A DNA stretch of 40,479 bases, taken from IMG/VR virus record IMGVR_UViG_3300045988_091484. One strand, 5' to 3'. Below the pieces are notes generated by a model. The model did not search any database. It had not been told where the DNA came from and saw nothing but the letters and a program-made list of their open reading frames with translations. Positions 5,683 to 14,446 of the stretch are shown here, piece after piece (the first letter of the stretch is position 1; every line of letters begins with the position of its first letter). The position numbers were made by a program, and so were the translations under genes. The DNA comes from a virus.

Positions 5683-6645
5683 ATGGCAGAACTCATATTG
5701 AATGCCGATGCTTCACATGAGGATTGGCTCAAAGTAAGAAATACAGGATTAGGTGGGTCAGACTGCGGAAGCATTCTCGGACTCAATCCGTATAAATCAG
5801 CATTGACACTTTGGTCAGAAAAAACAGGAATGATGCAGCCGGAAGATCTCTCGAAGAATGAGAGGGTTTGGTGGGGCAGCCATATGGAACCGGTGATCGC
5901 GCAGAGATTTGAGGAAATTACAGATAAAAAGGTGCGCCGGAGAGGAACTCTTCGAGATAACGATTATCCGTATATGCTGGCCAATATTGACCGCTGGATA
6001 GTCGGGGAGAATGCCGGTCTTGAAATCAAGACGGCAGACTGGCGCATGAGCAAGCAGTGGGGCGATAAAGACGATCCGCAGGACATGACGGTACCGGACA
6101 GCTACTACTGCCAGTGCATGCATTACATGGCAGTCACAGGGGCCGATTACTGGTACATAGGAGCCCTTATCGGCGGAAACGATTTCCGGGTAAAAAAGAT
6201 CATGCGTAACGAAGACGATATCAAGTACATCCGGGAGCAAGAAAAAGAATTTTGGAACCATGTCACAGAACAGACAATGCCTGCGGTAGACGGCAGTGAT
6301 TCTACAGTTCACACACTTGTCGGGCTGTACAATACGCCGAACGGTAAAGAGATAGACCTGCCGGAAGAAGCCTTGCGGATTTTTGAAAAATATGACTTGG
6401 CCAAAGCAAAAGAAAATGAAGCAAAAGACGCTATACAGGCGGCAAAAAATGAATTAATGGCACTGCTTGGAGAAAACGAAGTCGGACACATCGGTGACAG
6501 AAAAGTTACATGGAAAGCAATAAAGCCGAGAGAATCTATTAGCTTATCCCGCGTTAAAAAAGAAGACAGCGGCAGCTATGAGGCACTCAAAGCGATGGGA
6601 TTTATCAAAGTCGGCGAAGCAGGCCGCATGATGAAGGTCTACTAA
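5683..6645 (+). CDS. YqaJ-type (lambda Exo-like) recombination exonuclease
   Basis: GLGGSDCGSILGLNPYKSALTLWSEKTG motif. GGAGGA RBS. Paired with RecT downstream. Confidence 0.9.
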   Translation: MAELILNADASHEDWLKVRNTGLGGSDCGSILGLNPYKSALTLWSEKTGMMQPEDLSKNERVWWGSHMEPVIAQRFEEITDKKVRRRGTLRDNDYPYMLANIDRWIVGENAGLEIKTADWRMSKQWGDKDDPQDMTVPDSYYCQCMHYMAVTGADYWYIGALIGGNDFRVKKIMRNEDDIKYIREQEKEFWNHVTEQTMPAVDGSDSTVHTLVGLYNTPNGKEIDLPEEALRIFEKYDLAKAKENEAKDAIQAAKNELMALLGENEVGHIGDRKVTWKAIKPRESISLSRVKKEDSGSYEALKAMGFIKVGEAGRMMKVY

Positions 6646-6845
6646 TGAGCATTGAAGAGTTTACAGCCCTCGAGATAGGCGCAAAAGTCAGTATACAAAG
6701 GGGGCTAAAATCCCCGCCACTTAAGGGGACATTGGCGGATAAGGTGAACGAATCCGCTCTTATAAAAATAGGTCACACGCCGGCAGGAAAACCTATCCTG
6801 ATATGGGCGCATTATATGAAATTAAAACAGGAGGAGTTTAGATGA
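6645..6845 (+). CDS. Hypothetical protein
   Basis: 66-aa ORF with TAATG start/stop overlap. Confidence 0.5.
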   Translation: MSIEEFTALEIGAKVSIQRGLKSPPLKGTLADKVNESALIKIGHTPAGKPILIWAHYMKLKQEEFR

Positions 6846-7063
6846 GAATTAAGGAGATACTTTCACAGAACAGAAGAGATTTCAGAGCATTATTTATCTG
6901 TCCGTTTTGCGGGCATGAAGAGGAAAAACCGGGATACGATGACGCTAATTTTCATCAGAATGTGATCCCGAAAATGAAATGTAAAAAGTGCGGAAAAACA
7001 GAGCAGGACGGAGCAAATTATCGTCCGTTGAGTACAAAATATCCGGAAGGTTTTCAAGTTTAA
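6842..7063 (+). CDS. Small zinc-ribbon protein
   Basis: CPFCGH...CKKCGK (two CxxC pairs). AGGAGG RBS. ATGA overlap. Confidence 0.6.
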   Translation: MRIKEILSQNRRDFRALFICPFCGHEEEKPGYDDANFHQNVIPKMKCKKCGKTEQDGANYRPLSTKYPEGFQV

Positions 7064-7079
7064 AACAGGAGGACAAGAA

Positions 7080-7916
7080 ATGAACGCGGCAAAAGGAATC
7101 GTAAAAACAAAGCAGGAAAACAAAAAGCCATCTTTACAAGGGCTAATTCGAGCGATGGAGCCTGAAATTAAAAAGGCATTACCGTCGGTCATTACACCGG
7201 AACGGTTTACCCGGATGGTATTTACGGCACTGTCGAGCAATAAAAAGCTGCAGGCATGCACACCGGAAAGTTTTCTCGGCGCAATGATGCAGGCTGCACA
7301 GTTGGGTGTAGAGCCGAATACCCCGATCGGACAGGCTTACCTGATTCCATACGGCAATCAGGTACAATTTCAACTTGGATATAAAGGACTGATTGATCTT
7401 GCTTATAGAAGCGGTGAAGTACAGAGCATACAGGCGCACGAAGTGCACGAAAACGATACATTTGAATACGAGCTTGGGCTGAATCCAAAACTGAAACACG
7501 TACCAGCTATGAAAGACAGGGGCCCGGTCATCTTATACTACGCTGTCATCAAACTGAAAAACGGCGGAGAAGGGTTCGAAGTTATGAGCCGGGAGGATGT
7601 AGATCAATTTGCGCGGGCGAAGTCTAAAACATATAAAAATGGACCATGGCAAACGGATTTTGACGAAATGGCAAAGAAGACCGTACTTAAGAAAGTTTTG
7701 AAATACGCGCCTTTAAAATCTGATTTCGCAAAACAGGTCAAAGAAGACGAAACGATTAAAACCAGTATTTCGGAAAACATGACAGACCTCCCGGACGAAA
7801 CGGTGACGATTGATGCGGAAGCACAAACGCCGCAGGACGAAGAAATCCCATTTGATGAAATACCGCCTGCTGTAGATAGAGAAACGGGGGAGGTATTAAC
7901 AGATGGAAGAATTTAA
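7080..7916 (+). CDS. recT: RecT-family single-strand annealing protein
   Basis: AMMQAAQLGVEPNTPIGQAYLIPYGNQVQFQLGYKGLIDLAYRSG, typical of RecT. Confidence 0.9.
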   Translation: MNAAKGIVKTKQENKKPSLQGLIRAMEPEIKKALPSVITPERFTRMVFTALSSNKKLQACTPESFLGAMMQAAQLGVEPNTPIGQAYLIPYGNQVQFQLGYKGLIDLAYRSGEVQSIQAHEVHENDTFEYELGLNPKLKHVPAMKDRGPVILYYAVIKLKNGGEGFEVMSREDVDQFARAKSKTYKNGPWQTDFDEMAKKTVLKKVLKYAPLKSDFAKQVKEDETIKTSISENMTDLPDETVTIDAEAQTPQDEEIPFDEIPPAVDRETGEVLTDGRI

Positions 7917-8304
7917 GAGAAATCCTCTTCCGACAATGGAATGCGGGATGGCCTACTTGGCTCATCCCTACGCTCCAATTGTTGAAAATTTGAAAGTATT
8001 TACAGGAGAGATTAAGGAATCCAACGTGGAAGAAACGGGAGATATTGCTTATAAAATAATGAGCAAATATCCCAACCTGACGGTTCTTTCCCCGCTCCAT
8101 GCTTATTCATTCTTAGAAGGAAAAGATATGGAAGAAACGGAGATTCTCCGGTACGATTTCAGGCTTCTCAATAACTGCACTCTTCTGATTTTGTCCGGAT
8201 ACTGGAGACAGAGCCGTGGCTGCATGGCCGAATATGGCTATGCGAAGGCAAGGGGAATCAGGATTTATGAGTATGTAGACGAGACTCTGTATCCGCTGGA
8301 ATGA
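7903..8304 (+). CDS. DUF4406/DUF1937-like (nucleoside 2-deoxyribosyltransferase-like) protein
   Basis: AYLAHPY near the N-terminus and LSGYWRQSRGCMAEYGYAKARGIRIYEY at the C-terminus. Family assignment is from memory. Confidence 0.45.
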   Translation: MEEFKRNPLPTMECGMAYLAHPYAPIVENLKVFTGEIKESNVEETGDIAYKIMSKYPNLTVLSPLHAYSFLEGKDMEETEILRYDFRLLNNCTLLILSGYWRQSRGCMAEYGYAKARGIRIYEYVDETLYPLE

Positions 8305-8341
8305 GTAAATTTCGTTATAAACATTTAAAGGGGGTGATAAC

Positions 8342-9217
8342 GTGGGGCGCCAACTTAAACAGGGGTTGGATTATCTCACACTTGATGTTGATTTCTTCGA
8401 AAGCGTAAAGGTCCGGAAAATCAGAAAGGACTGTGGCAATCAATCAATACCAATACTGATCGCGTTACTCTGCAATATTTTTCGAGAAGAGGGATATTAT
8501 GTGGGGTACGATAACGATCTGACATTCCTCATAGCTGAGCAATTCGGCGTGAGCGAGGGTGCAGTAGAGGATACCGTCCAAAAAGCGGTTTTAGTTGAGT
8601 TTTTTGATAGCCACATGTTTCATACCTATGGAATCCTCACTTCACACGGTATTCAGCAGCGTTACTTTGATGCAGTAACCCGCTTGAAAAGAAAATCGGT
8701 GAAGGTCATAGGGGAATTTCTATGCAAAAATATTTCCCCTGGAATAAATACCGATTTCCTCCGTGATAAATCGAATAACCTCTGGAATAAATCCGACAAG
8801 GTAGAGGAAGAGGTAGAGGAAGAGGTAGAGGAAGAGGAAGAGGTAGAGGAAGAGGTAGAGGAAGAGGTAGAGGAAGAGGTAGAGGAAGAGGACAAAGCGT
8901 CTTCTCCGAAAACTGAAATCATCAAAGCATTTTCTTCCTCTTCTCCCGGACTGGAGAAATCAATCAAAAAGTGGATGGACATGAGGAAACAGAGGAAAGC
9001 TTCTGTATCACCGACGGCTCTTAAAAAGAATTTGACACAACTCAAGAAGTTATCAAACGGGAATATAGAGGACGCTGTTCTCATTGTAGAGCAATCAATA
9101 GAAAATCAATGGCTCGGATTTTGGCCGCTCAAAAAACATAAGCGCAAAAAGTCGGAAGGAAGCTATGGACATATCGCTTCTCTGGAAGAGTGGAAAGGTA
9201 TCAAAGACGGATGGTGA
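8342..9217 (+). CDS. Replication initiation-type protein (DUF4373/Lin1244-like N-terminal domain) with an acidic EEEVEE repeat linker
   Basis: GTG start after AAAGGGGGTG. GLDYLTLDVDFFESVKVRKIRKDCG. Sits upstream of the DnaC-like loader. Confidence 0.6.
   Translation: MGRQLKQGLDYLTLDVDFFESVKVRKIRKDCGNQSIPILIALLCNIFREEGYYVGYDNDLTFLIAEQFGVSEGAVEDTVQKAVLVEFFDSHMFHTYGILTSHGIQQRYFDAVTRLKRKSVKVIGEFLCKNISPGINTDFLRDKSNNLWNKSDKVEEEVEEEVEEEEEVEEEVEEEVEEEVEEEDKASSPKTEIIKAFSSSSPGLEKSIKKWMDMRKQRKASVSPTALKKNLTQLKKLSNGNIEDAVLIVEQSIENQWLGFWPLKKHKRKKSEGSYGHIASLEEWKGIKDGW
8801..8890 (+). repeat. In-frame tandem 12-nt repeat GTAGAGGAAGAG (about 7 copies) encoding (VEEE)n
   Basis: Read directly from the sequence. 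Lies inside CDS 8342-9217. Confidence 0.9.
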
Positions 9218-9921
9218 CAATGGAACGAATTGGACGGGATATGGATGATCTCCGGAAAAAAATGGAGACATTTATCAAAAACAATGGCCGCTTAAATGAG
9301 CAAAACGAAAAGACGGAAGCAGAAGAGGCGGCAGAAGAAAGAAAAAAATGGACGAATAGGCTGTATAAAGCCGGGATAGGCAGGCGGTACCATGCATGCA
9401 CGTTTCAGAACATTGAAAGAAAAGGATTACCGGATTCTAAGCTGCTGAAAAGCCATTATGCCATCGCGAAAGATTACGCTAAGAATTTCAAGGTACACAA
9501 GGCAAAAGGGCAAGGGCTTATATTCGCCGGACCGGTAGGACGCATGAAGACAACAATGGCGGTGGCCATAGCGCAGGAGATTATGAAAGATTATAACCGG
9601 GCGTATTTTATTACGATGCCGGAATTGATGGACAGTCTTCTGCAGAATAATCTTTCACAAGAAGTTCGAACGCGCACAAAAGAAACGGACTTACTGATTC
9701 TTGATGACATGGGAGCTGAGTATCAAAACGACTGGGTATTGAACGCGGTCGACGCAATTATATCGAAGAGATACAACGAACTCATGCCGGTAATCATTAC
9801 GACGAATAAGACACCGGAAGAGATGAATCAGAGGTATATGGCACGGATTTTTGACAGGTTAAAACATGCGAACAGGTTACTTATAGAAGCAGGAGAAAGC
9901 CTGCGAAAAAATGAAGTTTAA
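9211..9921 (+). CDS. DnaC/IstB-like AAA+ helicase loader (start uncertain: 9190 GTG, 9211 ATG or 9220 ATG)
   Basis: GLIFAGPVGRMKTT (Walker A-like) and DLLILDDMGAE (Walker B). ATGGTGA start/stop overlap at 9211. Confidence 0.7.
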   Translation: MVTMERIGRDMDDLRKKMETFIKNNGRLNEQNEKTEAEEAAEERKKWTNRLYKAGIGRRYHACTFQNIERKGLPDSKLLKSHYAIAKDYAKNFKVHKAKGQGLIFAGPVGRMKTTMAVAIAQEIMKDYNRAYFITMPELMDSLLQNNLSQEVRTRTKETDLLILDDMGAEYQNDWVLNAVDAIISKRYNELMPVIITTNKTPEEMNQRYMARIFDRLKHANRLLIEAGESLRKNEV

Positions 9922-9939
9922 GAAAGGAAAGATTGATAA

Positions 9940-10155
9940 ATGGGAAGTAGTCGATTCATAGTCGTATCAATGAAAAAGATGATTGTCGCAATGAATCCGT
10001 CTTACGTTGAACAGAAAGAAAAAAGTCTCATCATCTACTTGCCCGGGACGTATAAACAGCTCGAGCTGGAATATGAAACGGAAGATAATGCAAGAGACGC
10101 TTTTATAGACATAGTTGACGCTTATGAATCCGGGAAAATAGACGTTTATATCTGA
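9940..10155 (+). CDS. Hypothetical protein
   Basis: 71-aa ORF with an upstream purine-rich RBS. Confidence 0.5.
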   Translation: MGSSRFIVVSMKKMIVAMNPSYVEQKEKSLIIYLPGTYKQLELEYETEDNARDAFIDIVDAYESGKIDVYI

Positions 10156-10171
10156 AAAGGAGGAATGAAAA

Positions 10172-10603
10172 ATGCTAAACATGAACAATTGCCAGATTTG
10201 CGGAAATCTTGTCCGCGATCCTGAAATCAAGAACACATCATCCGGGAAAGCGGTAGCAACGATGACGGTGGCGGTTAACCGGTATTTTGTAAATCAGAAC
10301 GGAGAAAAACAGGAATTTACAGATTATGTACGAGTAAAAGCGTGGCCGCCATGGGCAGAAGCCATCGGAAACCAGCTGCAGAAAGGGATGCCGGTGTTTG
10401 TAGAGGGGCGGTACAGCAGCTACTCTTACGGCAAGGACGGTGATAAAAAATACATGACGGAGATTGTCGTTGAATTTGTCGCGAGCCCTTTGAATATCAA
10501 GAAAGCACAAGCAGCAGAAGCGGGAACAGGATCGGGCAATTTTGAGCAATTCGGAACGGCGCAGAGTGAGCTGCCGCCGCAAAATGATGATTTACCGTTT
10601 TAA
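10172..10603 (+). CDS. ssb: Single-stranded DNA-binding protein
   Basis: OB-fold pattern NNCQICGNLVRDPEIK. Gly/Gln-rich tail ending in the acidic DDLPF tip. Confidence 0.9.
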   Translation: MLNMNNCQICGNLVRDPEIKNTSSGKAVATMTVAVNRYFVNQNGEKQEFTDYVRVKAWPPWAEAIGNQLQKGMPVFVEGRYSSYSYGKDGDKKYMTEIVVEFVASPLNIKKAQAAEAGTGSGNFEQFGTAQSELPPQNDDLPF

Positions 10604-10615
10604 GGGGGAAGAGAA

Positions 10616-10753
10616 GTGGATACAGCTGTTGATGTAGCAAGCGTCGTACTGTTTATTGTTCTGATCATGTACGCAGCTATCAAACTTGACGAAGCAGCAA
10701 GAAAGTTGCGCAATGAGGAAGAGCGGATTTACGGAGAAAGGCGAGAAAAATGA
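10616..10753 (+). CDS. 45-aa single-pass membrane peptide (below the ORF-track cutoff)
   Basis: GTG after GGGGGAAGAG. Sequence VDTAVDVASVVLFIVLIMYAAIKLDEAARKLRNEEERIYGERREK. Its stop overlaps the dUTPase ATG (ATGA). Confidence 0.4.
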   Translation: MDTAVDVASVVLFIVLIMYAAIKLDEAARKLRNEEERIYGERREK

Positions 10754-11154
10754 AACAGGGATTTGAAAAGGCAAAAGGATATGAATTTGTAAACTTGCCG
10801 CAAAAAAATAAAAGATCACCGGCAGGATATAACATTGAAAGCGCTGTTGATGTTGTAATCGAGCCGGGAGAAACGAAGGAAATCGAGACGGGACTAAAAG
10901 TCAATATAAGTGGAGATAAACGGCTGGGCATTTATATAAACTCAATCCTTGCTTTCGATCATGGACTTATATTAACAGATTGTGTAGGAGTTGCTGATAA
11001 TGAAGAGCATATCGTTGTGACAATCAGAAATATATCAGAAGTGCCTTATAGAATCAGAAAAGGAGACAGGATTGCGCAAGGAATATTTTATGATAGCGAA
11101 GAACTGAATGAGATAAAAGAGCGTATTTATAAAGACGGGTGGGGAAGAAAATGA
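10750..11154 (+). CDS. dut: dUTPase-like protein
   Basis: RSPAGYNI, CVGVADNEEHIVVTIRN and GDRIAQGIF resemble trimeric dUTPase motifs, though divergent. Confidence 0.65.
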   Translation: MKQGFEKAKGYEFVNLPQKNKRSPAGYNIESAVDVVIEPGETKEIETGLKVNISGDKRLGIYINSILAFDHGLILTDCVGVADNEEHIVVTIRNISEVPYRIRKGDRIAQGIFYDSEELNEIKERIYKDGWGRK

Positions 11155-11942
11155 ATAACTTGATCACCATCGAAAACGTAAAAGGATATTTAGACCCGGT
11201 CACCGGGACGGCATATCTCAACGCAGAGGATGTAGCACGAGGCTTCGGATTTACGACCGTTGCCAAAAGTGGCAACGCGGTAATTCGGTGGGCGAGGGTC
11301 AACCGCTACCTATCCGAGTTTGGTCTTTCCAAAGAAATCGGCCGGGATGATTACATCCCGGAAAATATGGTGTATAGGCTCGGATTTAGAGCGAGCAACG
11401 GAACGGCAAAGAGGTTCCAAGCGAAACTTGCCGACGAAGTTATTCCGGCGATCCGCAAAACGGGAATGTATATGACGGATGGGGCTGTACAAAATATTCT
11501 GAATAATCCAACGGCTTTTATCGAGATTCTCACGGAGTATAAAAAGGTTCAAGACGAAAATAAAAGTCTTGCTGTGCAGAACGCTCGACAGAAGCAGCTC
11601 ATCGGTGAGTTGAAGCCGAAGGCGGACTACACAGATCTTATTTTGAAAAATAGATCGCTTGTCACGATTACGCAAATTGCTAAGGACTATGGCATGAGCG
11701 GTCAGGCTATGAATAAAATTCTTCATAGCCTCGGTATTATTTATAATCAGTCCGGACAGTGGCTGCTCTACAGCAGGCATCAGGCAAGAGGATATACTCA
11801 CAGTGAGACGGTGAGCATTACGCATGCCGATGGACGGGAAGCCGTGAAGATGAATACAAAGTGGACGCAAAAGGGACGGCTCTTCTTGTACGACACGCTA
11901 AAGAAAGAGGATATTGTTCCGGTTATCGAGAGAGGAGCATGA
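11151..11942 (+). CDS. Phage antirepressor (Bro-N/ANT-like N-terminal domain plus KilA-C domain)
   Basis: ATG 11151 has an ATGA overlap. N-terminus YLNAEDVARGFGFTT. C-terminus VTITQIAKDYGMSGQAMNKILHSLGIIY...LYSRHQARGY. Confidence 0.7.
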   Translation: MNNLITIENVKGYLDPVTGTAYLNAEDVARGFGFTTVAKSGNAVIRWARVNRYLSEFGLSKEIGRDDYIPENMVYRLGFRASNGTAKRFQAKLADEVIPAIRKTGMYMTDGAVQNILNNPTAFIEILTEYKKVQDENKSLAVQNARQKQLIGELKPKADYTDLILKNRSLVTITQIAKDYGMSGQAMNKILHSLGIIYNQSGQWLLYSRHQARGYTHSETVSITHADGREAVKMNTKWTQKGRLFLYDTLKKEDIVPVIERGA

Positions 11943-11943
11943 A

Positions 11944-12084
11944 GTGAAGCTTTACAGTGACAGAGGGGATAAATATTATCTTTTCGGACAGTTTGAACTA
12001 TATCTAATGCTCATACAGTGCGTTCTTATCGGAATATTAGTAGCGCTGGTATACGTTTTGATTCGATTAGGCGGTGGAGTATGA
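11944..12084 (+). CDS. 46-aa single-pass membrane peptide (below the ORF-track cutoff)
   Basis: GTG 6 nt after GAGGAG. Sequence ...LYLMLIQCVLIGILVALVYVLIRLGGGV. Its stop overlaps the rusA ATG (ATGA). Confidence 0.4.
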   Translation: MKLYSDRGDKYYLFGQFELYLMLIQCVLIGILVALVYVLIRLGGGV

Positions 12085-12440
12085 AGCTCATAATTCCGGG
12101 ACGGCTGCCATGCATGAATGATCTTATAGCCGCTAACAGGCTGAACAAGTACGCGGGAGCTGGCGTTAAGAAGAAAACGCAGAAAGAGATTATTCTTATC
12201 CTGCGTCCGCAAGTGCAAGGACAAAGGTTTACCGAAAAAGTAAATATCCGCATTGAGTATTACGAAAAGGATATGCGGCGGGATGAAGACAATGTTATGA
12301 GTGCCGCAAAGTTTATCTTGGATGCGATGCAGGATATGGATTTTATCCCGAATGACAGCCGGAAATATGTGCACTTGACGCAGGAAGTATTTACCGATCG
12401 GGATAATCCGAGGATTGAAATTGAGGTGAATAAAGCATGA
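12081..12440 (+). CDS. rusA: RusA-family Holliday junction resolvase
   Basis: MKLIIPGRLPCMNDLIAANR...RRDEDNVMSAAKFILDAMQDMDFIPNDSRKYV. Confidence 0.8.
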   Translation: MKLIIPGRLPCMNDLIAANRLNKYAGAGVKKKTQKEIILILRPQVQGQRFTEKVNIRIEYYEKDMRRDEDNVMSAAKFILDAMQDMDFIPNDSRKYVHLTQEVFTDRDNPRIEIEVNKA

Positions 12441-12976
12441 ATAACGGAATGAGACCGGGGATATTTCATAACCCGGATCCGACGTACGAAAAAACGAAAA
12501 CAAATTTAAATCGTGAATCAAAACGGGTACGCGGTGATATCGAAGCGTTTTTTGAAGAAATTCGGCGATGCAGAAAACATATTGACTCTTTGAATCAGTA
12601 TCGCCAGCAGTACGAGATGGATCTGTTCTCGCTCAAGGGTTGTAGATACGATAAAGAGCCGGTCGACGGCGGCGTGTCTTCCGATTTATCGGATATCGTG
12701 ATTGCGTTTGAACAGAAGATGGCACAGGCGGAAGAACTACGGATTAAAGAGCTCAACAGATACGGTGACATGATTACAAAAGGATTCAGGCTGCTTGCTT
12801 TACTATCCGATCCGGAGCAGAAATCGATTATGATTGACAGGTATTTCATGAATGTTTTGTGGGAGAAAATATCGCTGGATCATCATTTTGACAGGAGTAC
12901 ATGTATGAGAATGAGAGACCGGGCGATACAAGAAATTTCACGAAAAACGCAAGTTGCGACTAAATGCGACTTTTAA
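12437..12976 (+). CDS. ArpU/RinA-type (sigma-like, DUF1492-like) late transcription activator
   Basis: Last gene before the packaging module. C-terminus KSIMIDRYFMNVLWEKISLDHHFDRSTCMRMRDRAIQEI resembles a sigma region 4-like HTH. Confidence 0.55.
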   Translation: MNNGMRPGIFHNPDPTYEKTKTNLNRESKRVRGDIEAFFEEIRRCRKHIDSLNQYRQQYEMDLFSLKGCRYDKEPVDGGVSSDLSDIVIAFEQKMAQAEELRIKELNRYGDMITKGFRLLALLSDPEQKSIMIDRYFMNVLWEKISLDHHFDRSTCMRMRDRAIQEISRKTQVATKCDF

Positions 12977-13053
12977 ATGTGCTATTATGATAGTGTAAAG
13001 TTCGGGCAATAAATGTCGCCGCCCGATGCTTTCATACAACTCCATAAAAGCAA

Positions 13054-13086
13054 GAAGTCGGGTTTGATGAGTTTCCCGGCTTTTTG
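13054..13086 (+). terminator. Hairpin plus T5 between the early and late modules
   Basis: Stem GTCGGG (13057-13062) / CCCGGC (13075-13080) with one G-U pair, then TTTTT at 13081-13085. Confidence 0.45.
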
Positions 13087-13112
13087 CTTGCATTTGATAA
13101 AGGAATTTAACA

Positions 13113-14430
13113 ATGATTGATTACAAAACATCTGCAAAACCGCGTATTATCACAAAAGACGATGTCGCGGTTTTCTGTTCGTATGATGAAATCGTGCCAA
13201 TTGGACAGCTGCAGCCGAATCCGCAAAACCCAAATCAGCATAACGAGCAGCAGGTAAAGCTCCTCGGGGAGATTATCCGAAGTGCCGGGTGGCGGGCTCC
13301 GATTACAATATCAAAGCGAAGCGGGCTGATTGTAAAAGGACATGGACGCAGGCTGGCAGCTATTGACGCAAGGCTGGCATGGGTGCCTGTTGAGTATCAG
13401 GAATATGCGACGGAAGCGGAAGAGTACGCTGACCTCTTAGCAGATAACCGGATAGCCGAGCTTGCGGAGATGGATAACGATAAACTCTCCGAAATTCTAA
13501 AAGACCTGCAGGAAACCGAAAACTTCGATATGGATTTGACCGGTTTTGACGAGGACGCTTTAGCCGACCTGATAGGTGAGCAGTTGACATCTGACGACAT
13601 AGAAGAGGATGAAGTTCCGGAGACGCAGGAAACGGTATTTACTAAACCTGGTGACTTGTTTATCATGGGTAACCATCGTCTTTTATGCGGAGACAGTACC
13701 AAGCTGGAAGATGTCAATCGTTTATTGGGGGGGGCAGCAGGCTGATTTATATATTACGGATCCGCCGTATAATGTGGCGTATGTCGGCAAGACAAAAGAC
13801 GCATTGACGATAGAGAATGACAAAATGGCTGACGGAGATTTCCGTCAGTTTTTAGTTGATGCATTCAAGGCGGCGAACGATAACATGAAGCCCGGTGCGG
13901 CATTCTACATTTGGCATGCCGATTCGGAAGGATTTAATTTCCGCGGGGCTTGTAAAGATATCGGATGGGATGTTAAGGAGTGTTTGATTTGGAATAAAAA
14001 TCAAATGGTTCTCGGGCGGCAGGATTATCAATGGAAACATGAACCGTGCTTGTACGGATGGAAACCCGGTGCACCGCATAACTGGTACAGCGACCGAAAG
14101 CAGACAACGGTTATTGACATGAGCAAGCCGAGCCGCAGTGAAGATCATCCGACAATGAAACCGGTTGGCTTGTTTGCGTATCAAATCGAGAATAGCAGTA
14201 AATCAGGTGATATTGTACTTGACAGCTTCGCCGGAAGTGGTACAACGATGGTTGCCTGCGAGAAGATGGGGCGAAAAGCAATGCTTATGGAAATTGATCC
14301 GAAATATTGTGATGTGATCATAAGGCGGTACATACAGGAATCCGGAAATCTTGAAATAAAGGTGGAGCGTGACGGAGAGATAAAATCGCTTAAGGATGTA
14401 ATGGAAGAAGTAGGAGCCACCTTAGAGTAA
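13113..14430 (+). pseudogene. ParB-N domain / beta-class N6-or-N4 DNA methyltransferase fusion, split by a +1 frame change in a G8 tract
   Basis: ORF 13113-13745 carries the ParB-like LQPNPQNPNQH...GHGRRLAA and ends ...NHRLLCGDSTKLEDVNRLLGGAAG*. Frame +1 continues (W)GGQQADLYITDPPYNV...VLDSFAGSGTT to 14430. The G run is at 13727-13734. Confidence 0.85.
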
Positions 14431-14446
14431 CGGGAGGTGGTGACTT

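Noticed and set aside
5815-6312. 165-aa minus-strand ORF
   Set aside because: Antisense shadow inside the well-supported YqaJ exonuclease gene.
8801-8890. Possible CRISPR-like or regulatory repeat array
   Set aside because: The repeats are contiguous 12-mers without spacers, in frame inside a CDS, and encode an acidic linker. This is not a CRISPR array.
11310-12521. Minus-strand ORFs 11310-11870 (186 aa) and 11976-12521 (181 aa)
   Set aside because: They are antisense to the antirepressor and RusA/late-activator genes, which have motifs and coupled starts. Neither has an RBS.
13609-13726. Upstream part of the 13609-14430 ORF as an independent methyltransferase start
   Set aside because: Its first ~39 codons are an out-of-frame read of the ParB-domain ORF (MKFRRRRKRYLLNL...). 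The true methylase sequence begins only after the G8 tract, so it is treated as one frameshifted gene.
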